Notes under the pieces: model-generated
Databases searched by the model: none
What the model was told of the DNA's origin: nothing
Seen by the model: only the letters and a program-made list of their open reading frames with translations
In this document: piece after piece, positions 9,093 through 18,548 of the stretch
Position numbering within the stretch: position 1 is the first letter of the stretch
Layout: every line of letters starts with the position of its first letter
Made by a program: the position numbers and the translations under genes
Origin: a virus
Taxonomy: Duplodnaviria; Caudoviricetes
DNA: 64,000 nucleotides
IMG/VR virus record: IMGVR_UViG_3300035520_000529
Span: 44,210 to 108,209 of that record
Reading direction: 5' to 3' (one strand)

Positions 9093-10409
9093 CTAATATA
9101 TTTCTTCATCATCATCAGCAAATATATACAATGTATCCTCATCTACTGTATTGCTTTCAACTAGAGCATTCCACTCATCTTGTGTTATGACTTGATAACA
9201 CTTGAAATGTGTAGTAGTAGAATTACTATTGCTCTCACTATTACCACCATTTGAATTAATGTATAACGTTTCTTCATCTTCTACATACCAAATAGATGGG
9301 AGTAGTTGGTCTACTTCTTCTTTAGTGTAGTAGTTTTGGAAAATTGCTGTGATTTGGTTGATAGTATAGTAGTTTTGCAAAATTTCAGTAATTTGTGTAA
9401 TGGTATAGTAGTTATTAGTTAAGATATTATTAATTTCCTCGTTAGTGTAATAATTTTCCAAAATATTAGTTATTTCTTCTTTGTTGTAGCAATTTTCAAA
9501 GAATTGGTCTATTTCTACTTTGGTGTAGTAATCATTGATTATTTCGATTAGCTTTTCAGTAGTAACATACTTTTCTAGTATCTTTTCAATTTCTTCTTTA
9601 GAATAGTAGTTAGATAGTAGTTCAATAATTTCTTCTTTTGTATAGTACTTTTCAATAAGTTTGAGTAGTTCTTCAGTAGTAGTATACTTTTCAAATAGTT
9701 TATCTATTTCTTCTTTAGTATAATATTTAGACAATAATTCTGTAATTTCTACCTTAGTATAGTAATCCTTGAGAATTTCAATTAACTCCTCTTTGGTGGT
9801 GTATTTTTCTAGGAGTTTATCTATTTCCTCTTTAGTATAATACTTAGACAATAACTCTGTTATTTCCACCTTAGTGTAGTAATCCTTAAGGATTTCAATT
9901 AGTTCTTCGGTAGTAGTATACTTTTCTAATAGTTTGTCAATCTCTTCTTTAGTATAGTAGTTGCTTAAAAGTTCGATGATTTCCACTTTTGTATAATACT
10001 CTTTAAGGATTTCGATAAGTTCTTCTTTAGTTTGATACTTTTCCAAAAGCTTGTCTATTTCCTCTTTAGTATAATATTTAGATAGTAGTTCGATAATTTG
10101 CACTTTGGTGTAGTACTCATTAAGAATCTCAATTAACTCTTCTTTGGTTTCATATTTTTCTAAAATTTTGATAATTTCATCCTTAGTATAATAATTGGAT
10201 AAGTCTATATCTATACCAGAACCTCCACCAGTGCCACCAGTACCACCTAATTGAATATACTTGTTATCGTTCCAAATGTAGATAATCTTAGTACTCAAAT
10301 CCACATATATTAGCGAAGAGTTTCCCTCTGTAGGAAACTCCTCACTAGTTGCATATTTTTTAATAGCACATTTGCACTTAAGCAATGCGTATAATATTAA
10401 ATTGCTCAT
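9093..10409 (-). CDS. Fibre-like repeat protein (YYTKEEI/YTTKEEL helical repeats)
   Basis: More than 20 tandem ~13-aa repeats of the YYTKxEIxxLL type. Confidence 0.65.
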   Translation of the reverse strand: MSNLILYALLKCKCAIKKYATSEEFPTEGNSSLIYVDLSTKIIYIWNDNKYIQLGGTGGTGGGSGIDIDLSNYYTKDEIIKILEKYETKEELIEILNEYYTKVQIIELLSKYYTKEEIDKLLEKYQTKEELIEILKEYYTKVEIIELLSNYYTKEEIDKLLEKYTTTEELIEILKDYYTKVEITELLSKYYTKEEIDKLLEKYTTKEELIEILKDYYTKVEITELLSKYYTKEEIDKLFEKYTTTEELLKLIEKYYTKEEIIELLSNYYSKEEIEKILEKYVTTEKLIEIINDYYTKVEIDQFFENCYNKEEITNILENYYTNEEINNILTNNYYTITQITEILQNYYTINQITAIFQNYYTKEEVDQLLPSIWYVEDEETLYINSNGGNSESNSNSTTTHFKCYQVITQDEWNALVESNTVDEDTLYIFADDDEEIY

Positions 10410-10420
10410 AAAATATCACC

Positions 10421-10690
10421 TCAAGTTGTAGTGGTAGAATTATTACAGCAACAATCACAACCTAATTCAACCCATCCATCCTTGGTCAATATAAACACTT
10501 GTGATGTTTTCATTATTAGACACACAGAACCTAATGATGGAATATGTCCTTTACACTCATCCGTTTTACCTTTAACCAGTACACCATTTTTACGAGTAGG
10601 CAAAAGTTCTAAATCAGAGAGACTGTCTACGCAATATTCATACGCATTAGTAGACGTTCTGTGTCCCATTACTATTAAACTACCAGCCAT
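10421..10690 (-). CDS. Small tail-cluster hypothetical protein
   Basis: RBS (AAAGGA) and position in operon. Confidence 0.55.
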   Translation of the reverse strand: MAGSLIVMGHRTSTNAYEYCVDSLSDLELLPTRKNGVLVKGKTDECKGHIPSLGSVCLIMKTSQVFILTKDGWVELGCDCCCNNSTTTT

Positions 10691-10723
10691 TGGTTAATCA
10701 AATCCTTTCTAAATACTTAATTA

Positions 10724-13700
10724 TTAATTAGCAGTTTCCCAGTCAAATAAGTCTGTAAACGTAGTTGTTTTATCGTTACAGATTATTTTATTCGCACCAA
10801 TACTTCCTATATTATATCTGCTTGATGTCTTATACGTTCCATCATCAAGATATATATACCATTGCACAGGTGTATTATTTGGTTCACTTGGAACATGAGG
10901 TAAACGTACATCATAACTAGTAACTAATTTAGCACCCAAATCTATACCATAATCCTCAGATATTTTTTCTTCTTTATTTACTAAATACGCGTAAGTTGGT
11001 CTAAAATAGGTTTCATTTATAGGGTAGCTATATATTAATGAATACGTTTGATTTAATGCGTTTTTAATATCATCATAATTGCCTTTATAATGAATAGTGT
11101 CTAGTGCATCCATTAATTCAAACTTTACTTTATATAAATTTTCAACGTCTATTTCAAAATTTTCTTTAAATCTTGAAGAAGCACTTATAGTTAAATCTAA
11201 CTTGTAATCTTGAATAATATGCTTATCACTGTTAACACTCTCGTCTATTCTATAGAATAAACTTTCACCAATTTTAAAGTTACGCATTATAAATGGTATG
11301 GCTAGTCCTTTAATTGCAGTTTCATTCGTACCATAAGGTTCTGTTACTATAATTTGTCTAGTGGGTCTATAATAATTAGAATTATGAGTTGCTGTTAAGG
11401 ACTCTGCCAATATGGCACCATCATATACATTTATATTATCTGGAAACGTATAAGTTTGCGTAACTTCATCATATGTATAGCGATAGACATTATCAGCATT
11501 TTCTAATAATTTTGATTGAGAAGTAAAATTGATTAAACTACTGAACCATTGTGAATTATGACGGATACTCGCAATTTCACTGCTCGTCAAATGTGGGAAC
11601 ATTTCAGTTATATAGTTTGAACCAGAAGTAGTGGTTCTTGGTAAATATCCTCCACTTCTACTCGTTCCAATACTTAATGTTAATACGTCATCTTCATCAA
11701 TTGAGGTGTTTTTACAACCACACGCAGTTATGATAATATCATAATCACCACCAGTCTCATATGTGTGTGATTTACTTATCATGGTTGAATCTTCATAATC
11801 ATTTACTAGTTGTGTACCATTAAAACTTCTGCCATGAATTAGTGTGGCATTGTTATTACTACCATAAATTTGTGAATAAAAATTTCCCGAACTTGTACTG
11901 TATGAACTTAACAAATCGTATCTAATTACTTTCATGGTATCATTGAATGAGTAGATGTCAAAAGTTCCGTCTCCCCAATACACATAACCTATTGTGCTTA
12001 CGCTTTCTTCTCTTATGTACCTATCGCCCTCAAAAGATGAATATTCGCCATATGGAGTATTTTTTTGGTACTTATCATCATCAACACTTTTACTAAAAAT
12101 ATTATCTAATATTACAGTAGTGTTGTTATTATATGATATTTCAGAGTTAACGTTTCCATTGGAATCAGTATATGTACATTCAGAGAGATATTCTAGAAAA
12201 TCATCTTGAGATTCAAAGAAATCAGCCGATACTAATCTGCCATCACTACAAGCTGAAAGTGAATACGTTCCACCATTTGGGTCTTCAACACTCTTGTATA
12301 CAGTTGTAGTTTCAATTACGGGGTTTAAGCAAGGCACTCCACGATATGTAAAGTAATGATAATGACCAGAACCCTCAATTACATCTTTTTCTGTTATAAG
12401 TTCAGTGTTAAACATATCAGTAGAACTTGTCCAATCAAAAGCCTCTAATGGTACACTTACAATATAGCTACCATAGTACTGATTTTCATAACCACTATCT
12501 TCAACAGTAACACCTAAAGTAAGTGGAGAAATATCTTTTCTAATAATTCCATCTTCTACTAATGAATTTCTCTCATCATAGTATGGTCTAATATTAACGA
12601 TTATTTCTTCGTCCCAATTCTTTCCTGCATTAGAGGTATATGTTAATTGAACAGTTTGACCTTCACCAAACTTATACCTAGCGTTTGAGACATTAGGAAA
12701 TTCATATTTTGTAGTTGTAATAAGTAAATTTTGTTCTTGTTTATCTTGAACTAATTCCTTATTATTGTTATAACACTGATAATGTAACGTTGCAGTTGGA
12801 AAAACCGCTTCACAATTGACATATTGAATCTCTGCCCACAAATATCTAAATGGATACCAATCGAGTTCAGATTCGTTCATTGTCATACTAATTTCTTCTA
12901 AATAATATATAGGATATTCTATTTTTAAAATATTTCCACTATCGGGAGAAGTATATGTTATCTTCATGGTGTGTTCACCATATCCACTATTACAAGGTGT
13001 ATTATAATATTGTACTTTGTTAAATAAAGAATATGATTCAAGTGTATCACATTCCCATGAATTTAATTTATCTACGGATAAACTTGTTCCTACCATTTCA
13101 CCATCGACTTCATGAAACCAATATACACTAGTTGTAATTTTTTGAGCGAAGTACGTTTCTAAGAATTTTTCTCCTATGCAGTTGTCGGCAACCTTTAAAT
13201 ATTCATTAAATTCTTTAGGTTTGTTTAAATTCCAAATAATTTTACTACCTAAAGCCATTTTCCAAATAACATTACTATCCCTGCTTATGTTTAGATATTT
13301 AAAACTAGGCATATGTGAGCCTATTCTCATACTTCTAATTTCTTCACTAGCATCATACCCACCAAATAATACTTTGGCACAAGATGATGAGTCTATGTGA
13401 AAATATGAAGAATTAGTAGTGCCTATTAAAGAATCGTCATCAATATAATAATTTATTTTTTTTAAATTTGAACATCCTACAAACGCACTTGATGATTGTT
13501 CTTCAAGTGACACTACTGATGGTTTGGTTTTAGAACCAAAATTAACAATTTCTAATCCACTGTTAGAACATGAACTATTTTCTACTATTGCCATATATGG
13601 AACGTTCAATTTTTTAAGATTAGTAGCACCATAAAAAGTACCCGAACTAATACGTTTAAGATTATCATCTAACTCACAGTTTATTAAGTATGAGTTATTT

Positions 13701-13924
13701 GCACAAAAACCATATCCAATTTGTTCAAAATCAGTAGTGGTAAATGTAACAGTATATGTGCCACCACTTGCATAACTATGTGAACTAGAACCATATACAT
13801 AGTCACTAGTTGTATCATCACCCCAATCTATAGTACCTGTAATTGAATTGCTTGTGGATATAGGTGATAAACTAAGACTAAATGCATCAGTTGAACTAAA
13901 TGTAAATTTATTAATCATGCTCAT
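10724..13924 (-). CDS. Large tail-associated protein with PKD-like (IDWGD...SHSY..GGTYTV) and short LRR segments
   Basis: Two WGDG/WGDD PKD-like motifs; LRR-like ISSGTFYGATNLKKL. Confidence 0.6.
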   Translation of the reverse strand: MSMINKFTFSSTDAFSLSLSPISTSNSITGTIDWGDDTTSDYVYGSSSHSYASGGTYTVTFTTTDFEQIGYGFCANNSYLINCELDDNLKRISSGTFYGATNLKKLNVPYMAIVENSSCSNSGLEIVNFGSKTKPSVVSLEEQSSSAFVGCSNLKKINYYIDDDSLIGTTNSSYFHIDSSSCAKVLFGGYDASEEIRSMRIGSHMPSFKYLNISRDSNVIWKMALGSKIIWNLNKPKEFNEYLKVADNCIGEKFLETYFAQKITTSVYWFHEVDGEMVGTSLSVDKLNSWECDTLESYSLFNKVQYYNTPCNSGYGEHTMKITYTSPDSGNILKIEYPIYYLEEISMTMNESELDWYPFRYLWAEIQYVNCEAVFPTATLHYQCYNNNKELVQDKQEQNLLITTTKYEFPNVSNARYKFGEGQTVQLTYTSNAGKNWDEEIIVNIRPYYDERNSLVEDGIIRKDISPLTLGVTVEDSGYENQYYGSYIVSVPLEAFDWTSSTDMFNTELITEKDVIEGSGHYHYFTYRGVPCLNPVIETTTVYKSVEDPNGGTYSLSACSDGRLVSADFFESQDDFLEYLSECTYTDSNGNVNSEISYNNNTTVILDNIFSKSVDDDKYQKNTPYGEYSSFEGDRYIREESVSTIGYVYWGDGTFDIYSFNDTMKVIRYDLLSSYSTSSGNFYSQIYGSNNNATLIHGRSFNGTQLVNDYEDSTMISKSHTYETGGDYDIIITACGCKNTSIDEDDVLTLSIGTSRSGGYLPRTTTSGSNYITEMFPHLTSSEIASIRHNSQWFSSLINFTSQSKLLENADNVYRYTYDEVTQTYTFPDNINVYDGAILAESLTATHNSNYYRPTRQIIVTEPYGTNETAIKGLAIPFIMRNFKIGESLFYRIDESVNSDKHIIQDYKLDLTISASSRFKENFEIDVENLYKVKFELMDALDTIHYKGNYDDIKNALNQTYSLIYSYPINETYFRPTYAYLVNKEEKISEDYGIDLGAKLVTSYDVRLPHVPSEPNNTPVQWYIYLDDGTYKTSSRYNIGSIGANKIICNDKTTTFTDLFDWETAN

Positions 13925-13945
13925 ATTTTATAAACACACCCTTTC

Positions 13946-14500
13946 TTAATACATTTCTTCGTCATCATCTAAAAAGACATAAATCATATTTTCGTCTACA
14001 TTTCCATTACTCACAAGTGTACTCCATTCACTTTCGGCAATTAATGTAAAACATTTAGTTACATTACTATCACTATTGTTATTATTATTTCCACCTTTAG
14101 GTTTAGCTTTACCATTTCGCATAGAAATCCAACCATTTGTAGGCGTTTTCCTATACTCTAAATAACCATATTCACCGCTGGAAATTATTTCACCGCTTTT
14201 ATTTAGTGCTTTGAATGGTTCATCGACTTCGCCTAGCAGTGTAGTGACCTGCACATATCCATCATCACCCTCATCGGATAAGAACTTTATGGGTATTCTA
14301 TGAACTATTTTAAACTCGTCTAGACATTTGCTTATCATAGTTTTAACAAATTTTTTCAATGTGAGTACAAACAAAACACACTTATATTTGATTTCGGCTT
14401 GTTCATAGCTACCATTTGTTGTAGAACCACTACTTATATTTACAGTCTTATTTTTAAATGCATTGGGGTTTTCACTAGGTAATTGTGATAAAATTGCCAT
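13946..14500 (-). CDS. Tail-tip hypothetical protein
   Basis: Operon position, RBS; C-terminal motif shared with 9093..10409. Confidence 0.55.
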   Translation of the reverse strand: MAILSQLPSENPNAFKNKTVNISSGSTTNGSYEQAEIKYKCVLFVLTLKKFVKTMISKCLDEFKIVHRIPIKFLSDEGDDGYVQVTTLLGEVDEPFKALNKSGEIISSGEYGYLEYRKTPTNGWISMRNGKAKPKGGNNNNNSDSNVTKCFTLIAESEWSTLVSNGNVDENMIYVFLDDDEEMY

Positions 14501-14516
14501 AAATAATCACCACCTA

Positions 14517-15698
14517 TTATAAGTTATCGCTTTCAGCGTATGCAGGAAGATATTTGATATTGCATACTGATACTGACATATCGTCTAAGCCTATTGGAAT
14601 GGTTAATGACGTTATTAAGCAGTTTTCTTGTGTCCAATCTAAATATGCTGACGTTACAGAAACTATTCTATTAACGTCTAAGTGTGGTATTAGTGGGCAA
14701 CTAAAACTAGTACTCATAGTTACTGCTGACTTTTGATTTAGTTGATAGTATGCATAATCGTGACAGTGTTTGTCATCGTAACACATATCACTTTCCTCAA
14801 CTTTTTCGCATTTTTCACCAATTAGCGAAATTCTAGTAGGTGAAGCTGGATTTGTATTTTTAGCAGTGTAACTGTGTATTAGACCATCTACGTCAGTACC
14901 ATATACTTTACAAACATTTATTATAGCACCTAAATCATAGTTTGCACTTAGGTTAGAAATTTCTGGCTTGGAAGTATCAAAGAACCAACTAGGTGCTTCT
15001 CTTATATATGTATCTATCTTTGATTCTGTGAAGTTTAAACAACCATATATATCGTAAAACACATCAGCATTTAGCGATGTTCCTAATTCCGTTAAAATAT
15101 CTCCTAAGTAACTATCTGCATCTTTTGTAATATCGTAAGGTAATAGAGTCTTACACATTGACATATCCACTAATGGTTCTATAGGGTCTATAGGAACTCC
15201 ATGCCCCATATCTAATGCTAAAGTTCCAGTGATAGCAGAATATGCGTTAGTATTGTATGGTATTTGATATGTTCCTTGTAAACAATGTTGATTCAAGTCT
15301 TCGGTAAAAAATCCAAATTTATCTACTCCCTCTATTTGAACCTCATGTGGAGTGACGTTTAAACTTTTAATTACAAACACTCCTTGACTCCACCAATAAG
15401 TGTTTTCGCTACTTTTAACACCTAGCCATATCTTAAACTTTTGATTTATCCAAATTAAAGAACTTTCATTTGGTAAAAATTCGTTGTCTAGATTTCGTAA
15501 AGTTAAACTACACGTTCTTCTAACTCCTTGTTGGTACGTTACACTAATAGAGCCTTTAGTATCCGTTGAAACTTCTTTAGAAATCTCCTTTAACGTTTCC
15601 TCAAAATGGTCTAGTAGTTCTAGTTTAAGATACAAGTTATACGTTGATGATTTTAACGTGTTTTCGTATCCAGTATTGTATATATTAAAATATTCCAT
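14517..15698 (-). CDS. Tail/baseplate hub-like protein (DUF5048-like)
   Basis: RRTCSLTL, GVFVI, VFYDIYGCL, IPHLDVNRIV pattern; two genes after tape measure. Confidence 0.6.
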   Translation of the reverse strand: MEYFNIYNTGYENTLKSSTYNLYLKLELLDHFEETLKEISKEVSTDTKGSISVTYQQGVRRTCSLTLRNLDNEFLPNESSLIWINQKFKIWLGVKSSENTYWWSQGVFVIKSLNVTPHEVQIEGVDKFGFFTEDLNQHCLQGTYQIPYNTNAYSAITGTLALDMGHGVPIDPIEPLVDMSMCKTLLPYDITKDADSYLGDILTELGTSLNADVFYDIYGCLNFTESKIDTYIREAPSWFFDTSKPEISNLSANYDLGAIINVCKVYGTDVDGLIHSYTAKNTNPASPTRISLIGEKCEKVEESDMCYDDKHCHDYAYYQLNQKSAVTMSTSFSCPLIPHLDVNRIVSVTSAYLDWTQENCLITSLTIPIGLDDMSVSVCNIKYLPAYAESDNL

Positions 15699-15731
15699 AA
15701 TATGCCTCTTAATTATTGATAAATAATACCA

Positions 15732-18485
15732 TCAATTCTTTTTTACATAAATGTTATGTATATCGTTTATTTGTGTATATGAGAACGATATTGTTGTGTA
15801 TAGACTCAACTCTTCGTCATAGTTGGTAGTAGGGTTATCCGATATGCTTACTTGCCAAACATCACCTTTTTGTGAACGTAGTATATAAGAATCATACTTA
15901 ATTATAAAGTCTCTCCATTCAGATACTTTTTGAAAATCGTCTACAAAATTATCAGTATCACAATCTATAGTGCCTAGCATTGCTGATAAGCTACCACTAA
16001 TATAGTTGTTGCCTAGTTTACCTACTTTAGGATAATTACTATATGATTGGTGTACTTGTGTATTAATATTTTGTACAATGTCTGCTGATTCTAATTGAGA
16101 ATATAGTCTCCACGTATCTTGAATGTAGTATACGTCTTTACCACATTCGGTAGCAGAAGTCTTTTCTAAGCCAGTAATAGTCCAACTACCATTATCGTTA
16201 CAGTACCAGGGTGTTACATACTTATAATATTTGTAACTTACTTCTCCATTAATATCACCAGTGGCTTTAACTTGCAATAGTATAACATATCTATAACTTA
16301 CATTATTTCCAACACAATAGTCGGTACAGTTTAAGATTTTAGACATATTCTCATATACCATACTACTATGTATTAAGTCTATTTGGTTTCTATTTTCTTC
16401 TTCTCGATATACACAAACAGATTGTGTATTGGTAATATAAGTACTTTTAAACAGCCAATTGAAGCTAAAACTACCATCCTCAGAATTGAAATATGTTTTA
16501 ATCTTTGTGTATTTATTAGTGATTTCGTTTTCTACCTCTTCTTCTTCATCAAGAACGATTATATTATTATTATCATCTAGGTATTGTAAAATGTCTAAGG
16601 CGTTGCCGTTTTCATCTTTTTCAGATTTAGGAAAAGTTATAGTTTTACTTAGAGTAAACGTTGAATCGTTTTCTGTCCTAATGTTTATTGTGCCTTTTAA
16701 TACTTTATCTATTGCTAAATATGAGTTTCTATAAAACGTATTCATTTTATAAAAATCTTCTGTTTCGATTAGAGTTGAAGCGTTATCCTCAAAAATGTGA
16801 TAAGTTGCTGATTCACTAGGATACTTTGAATATCCGCTAGATAGCGTAATAACACCAGTGTTGGAATCATATCCAATGATATTTCTAGAAGAAATGTCGA
16901 ATGAAGTATCACCAACATAAAACTTTTTACCAATTACGTTGGATAATCCTTTATCTATGTATAGCGTTTGTGAGTTATAAGTAACACTCGATGAATATTC
17001 GTCATCATCTTCTATTGATATGGTTTCTTTCATTTTCCAAATAATATTCAACTCTTGTTCAGCACCTAGACAGTAATATCTATCATATGCAAATCCTTTA
17101 AAAGTTTGTCCTTGAATGATTATAGTTAATTCCTTATCTAAAGTACTTTGTGGAATATCAGACATTTTAACAATGCTCATATTAGTTTCTTTAGCAGAAG
17201 AGCTTCTATTGTTTTGACTAATGCTAAATTCATAGCAACCACCACTTTTTATTTTAGAACTAGACAGTTTACATTCACCTAACAAAGTTCCCAAGGTATC
17301 GTAATATCCTACAATTATATCTTGTGTAGAAGAATCGCTATCAGTAACGCCAGTAGTAAAACCACTTACATAACAGATAGAATCTGTTGTGCCTGAGTCA
17401 TTGTATACCATAAAATTTGCTTTAGTTAGTTTGATAACATCATCTGAGCCATAGGTATGCTCTTTTGTACCATATACGTATACATAGTTATAATCATCGT
17501 TAGGTAAAGTGTTTGTATTGTCTACAATATCACTCCAACACACTCTTAAATACACATTATTTCCATCCAGTTCTTCTTCAACAACGTTATTATAATCATT
17601 TATTAAATACCTCATATTTGCTTTTGTGGTTAGCGTTTGGGTTTCGGAAACTTCCTTAGTTATAGTAGAAGATTCAGTAGTTGGTCGAAGTATATTACCA
17701 CTGTATAATTCACTTTTCATATTTGTGTAATCTTCTATTTTCCACTTATAACTTTTGATTAAAATACCATCCTCTTGGCTATAGTTACAGTACCATGCAC
17801 TACCTCCATTAGATAAATATTGATTATCTAATGTGACTATTTCAGTAGTGGGATTCTTTCTAGTTTTGAATACGTATTCTGGTGACTTTACATAGTTACT
17901 ATACACTCTATATTGTGTACCTATAGATAGGCTTTGAGTAAAAGGTTTATCAAAAACAAGGCAATAATTAGAACCATCATAATTATATGAATTGACTATT
18001 TGTCTTCTTTCGTTTCCAATATCTACAGCTAAATAATAACCAAACGTCATAAATTCATTAGAATATTCCCTAGGAGAATGCAATAAACTGTTGGCTGTTA
18101 CTAACAAAGAACCATTACCTAAAATACCTGTAATACCACCTTGAAATAAAAATTGATTAATTTTGCTTTGTGAAATCATTAGATAGTACTTATACTTTCT
18201 GCCATTTTCTAAATAATATGACTTAGTACCTAATTGTCCAAAATTTATTGAAGTGCGTTGCATATTTAATACAGTAGTACTAGCCTCTTCTACAGACAAA
18301 GCACTAGAATTTCTACCAAAACTATATCCCATACAAATACACTCATTAGTTATAGCATCGAATAAATATATTTCCGTTCCAGTCATATCATCGCCGTAAA
18401 AATCGAATGAATAACATTGTTGAATGTCCGCATCGACAGTAGTCATATGTGGAGATACATTTATTGGATATTTCAAAATTATCAC
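15732..18485 (-). CDS. Tail protein following the tape measure (distal-tail-like C-terminus)
   Basis: Position; C-terminal NYISGSLSA...WRDFI...LRSQKGDVWQV...ISFSYTQ. Confidence 0.55.
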   Translation of the reverse strand: MIILKYPINVSPHMTTVDADIQQCYSFDFYGDDMTGTEIYLFDAITNECICMGYSFGRNSSALSVEEASTTVLNMQRTSINFGQLGTKSYYLENGRKYKYYLMISQSKINQFLFQGGITGILGNGSLLVTANSLLHSPREYSNEFMTFGYYLAVDIGNERRQIVNSYNYDGSNYCLVFDKPFTQSLSIGTQYRVYSNYVKSPEYVFKTRKNPTTEIVTLDNQYLSNGGSAWYCNYSQEDGILIKSYKWKIEDYTNMKSELYSGNILRPTTESSTITKEVSETQTLTTKANMRYLINDYNNVVEEELDGNNVYLRVCWSDIVDNTNTLPNDDYNYVYVYGTKEHTYGSDDVIKLTKANFMVYNDSGTTDSICYVSGFTTGVTDSDSSTQDIIVGYYDTLGTLLGECKLSSSKIKSGGCYEFSISQNNRSSSAKETNMSIVKMSDIPQSTLDKELTIIIQGQTFKGFAYDRYYCLGAEQELNIIWKMKETISIEDDDEYSSSVTYNSQTLYIDKGLSNVIGKKFYVGDTSFDISSRNIIGYDSNTGVITLSSGYSKYPSESATYHIFEDNASTLIETEDFYKMNTFYRNSYLAIDKVLKGTINIRTENDSTFTLSKTITFPKSEKDENGNALDILQYLDDNNNIIVLDEEEEVENEITNKYTKIKTYFNSEDGSFSFNWLFKSTYITNTQSVCVYREEENRNQIDLIHSSMVYENMSKILNCTDYCVGNNVSYRYVILLQVKATGDINGEVSYKYYKYVTPWYCNDNGSWTITGLEKTSATECGKDVYYIQDTWRLYSQLESADIVQNINTQVHQSYSNYPKVGKLGNNYISGSLSAMLGTIDCDTDNFVDDFQKVSEWRDFIIKYDSYILRSQKGDVWQVSISDNPTTNYDEELSLYTTISFSYTQINDIHNIYVKKN

Positions 18486-18514
18486 TTCTTTCTATGTATC
18501 ATTGCTATATATAG

Positions 18515-18538
18515 CATCCCCACCTACTAGGTGGGGAT
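18515..18538. terminator. Hairpin after tape measure gene
   Basis: ATCCCCACCTA-C-TAGGTGGGGAT inverted repeat; no clear U-tract on the minus strand. Confidence 0.45.
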
Positions 18539-18548
18539 AGTTTGTAAT

